From an uncultured Deinococcales bacterium (GTDB lineage Bacteria; Deinococcota; Deinococci; Deinococcales; JAAFIG01), in contig CAXTTL010000105.1 of NCBI GenBank assembly GCA_964247135.1, positions 1-16,188 on the forward strand: DNA of 16,188 nt, in the 5' to 3' direction. A model generated the notes under the pieces. It was not told the origin of the DNA. It saw only the letters and a program-made list of their open reading frames with translations, and did no database searches. This document shows, piece after piece, positions 16,091-16,188 of the stretch (within the stretch, counting starts at the first letter, position 1; each line of letters opens with the position of its first letter). A program made the translations under genes and the position numbers.

Positions 16091-16188
16091 GGAATTTCCT
16101 ACTTTGGTTTTGAGGCTCGAGAATGCGTTAGGCGAGTGCATCCTTGTCAAGCACGATCAGGTCGCGTTTGGTGGTGGTCAGGAAAACA

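Larger units (their letters stand above)
136..16121. repeat. Dispersed highly iterated palindrome CTCGAG (about 86 copies)
   Basis: Manual count from the first copy at 136 to the last at 16116, about one per 190 bp. Confidence 0.95.

Noticed and set aside
136-16121. CTCGAG copies as a CRISPR array, tandem repeat or cloning scars
   Set aside because: Spacing is irregular, flanks are not conserved, and the sites sit inside intact ORFs in all frames.

Overview
Gene-dense bacterial chromosomal window of roughly 55% GC (estimated by eye). It is probably Deinococcota, inferred from leaderless -10/ATG promoters and from protein family resemblance. Contents in order: a probable 3' end of 6S RNA, a CE4 polysaccharide deacetylase, a CASTOR/POLLUX-like ion channel, a ROK (polyphosphate gluco)kinase, a PQQ sugar/sorbosone dehydrogenase, an S9-like hydrolase, an FbpABC/AfuABC-type ABC transporter, a COG4280-type membrane protein with a small partner, a decayed uppP pseudogene, a PAP2 phosphatase, a fasciclin protein, a secreted helix-hairpin-helix protein and a secreted helical protein. 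Two signals are not explained by the genes. (1) The palindrome CTCGAG occurs about 86 times by manual count against about 4-5 expected, in all codon phases and between genes, which resembles a HIP1-like highly iterated palindrome. (2) A 17-bp PhoP-box-like tandem repeat (TWTACC-N5-YMAACC) sits exactly 9 nt before a YANNNT -10 hexamer at four promoters, including a mirror-symmetric divergent leaderless pair, suggesting an envelope-stress regulon. All family assignments come from motif recognition, not database searches. No mobile element, CRISPR array, tRNA or rRNA was seen.
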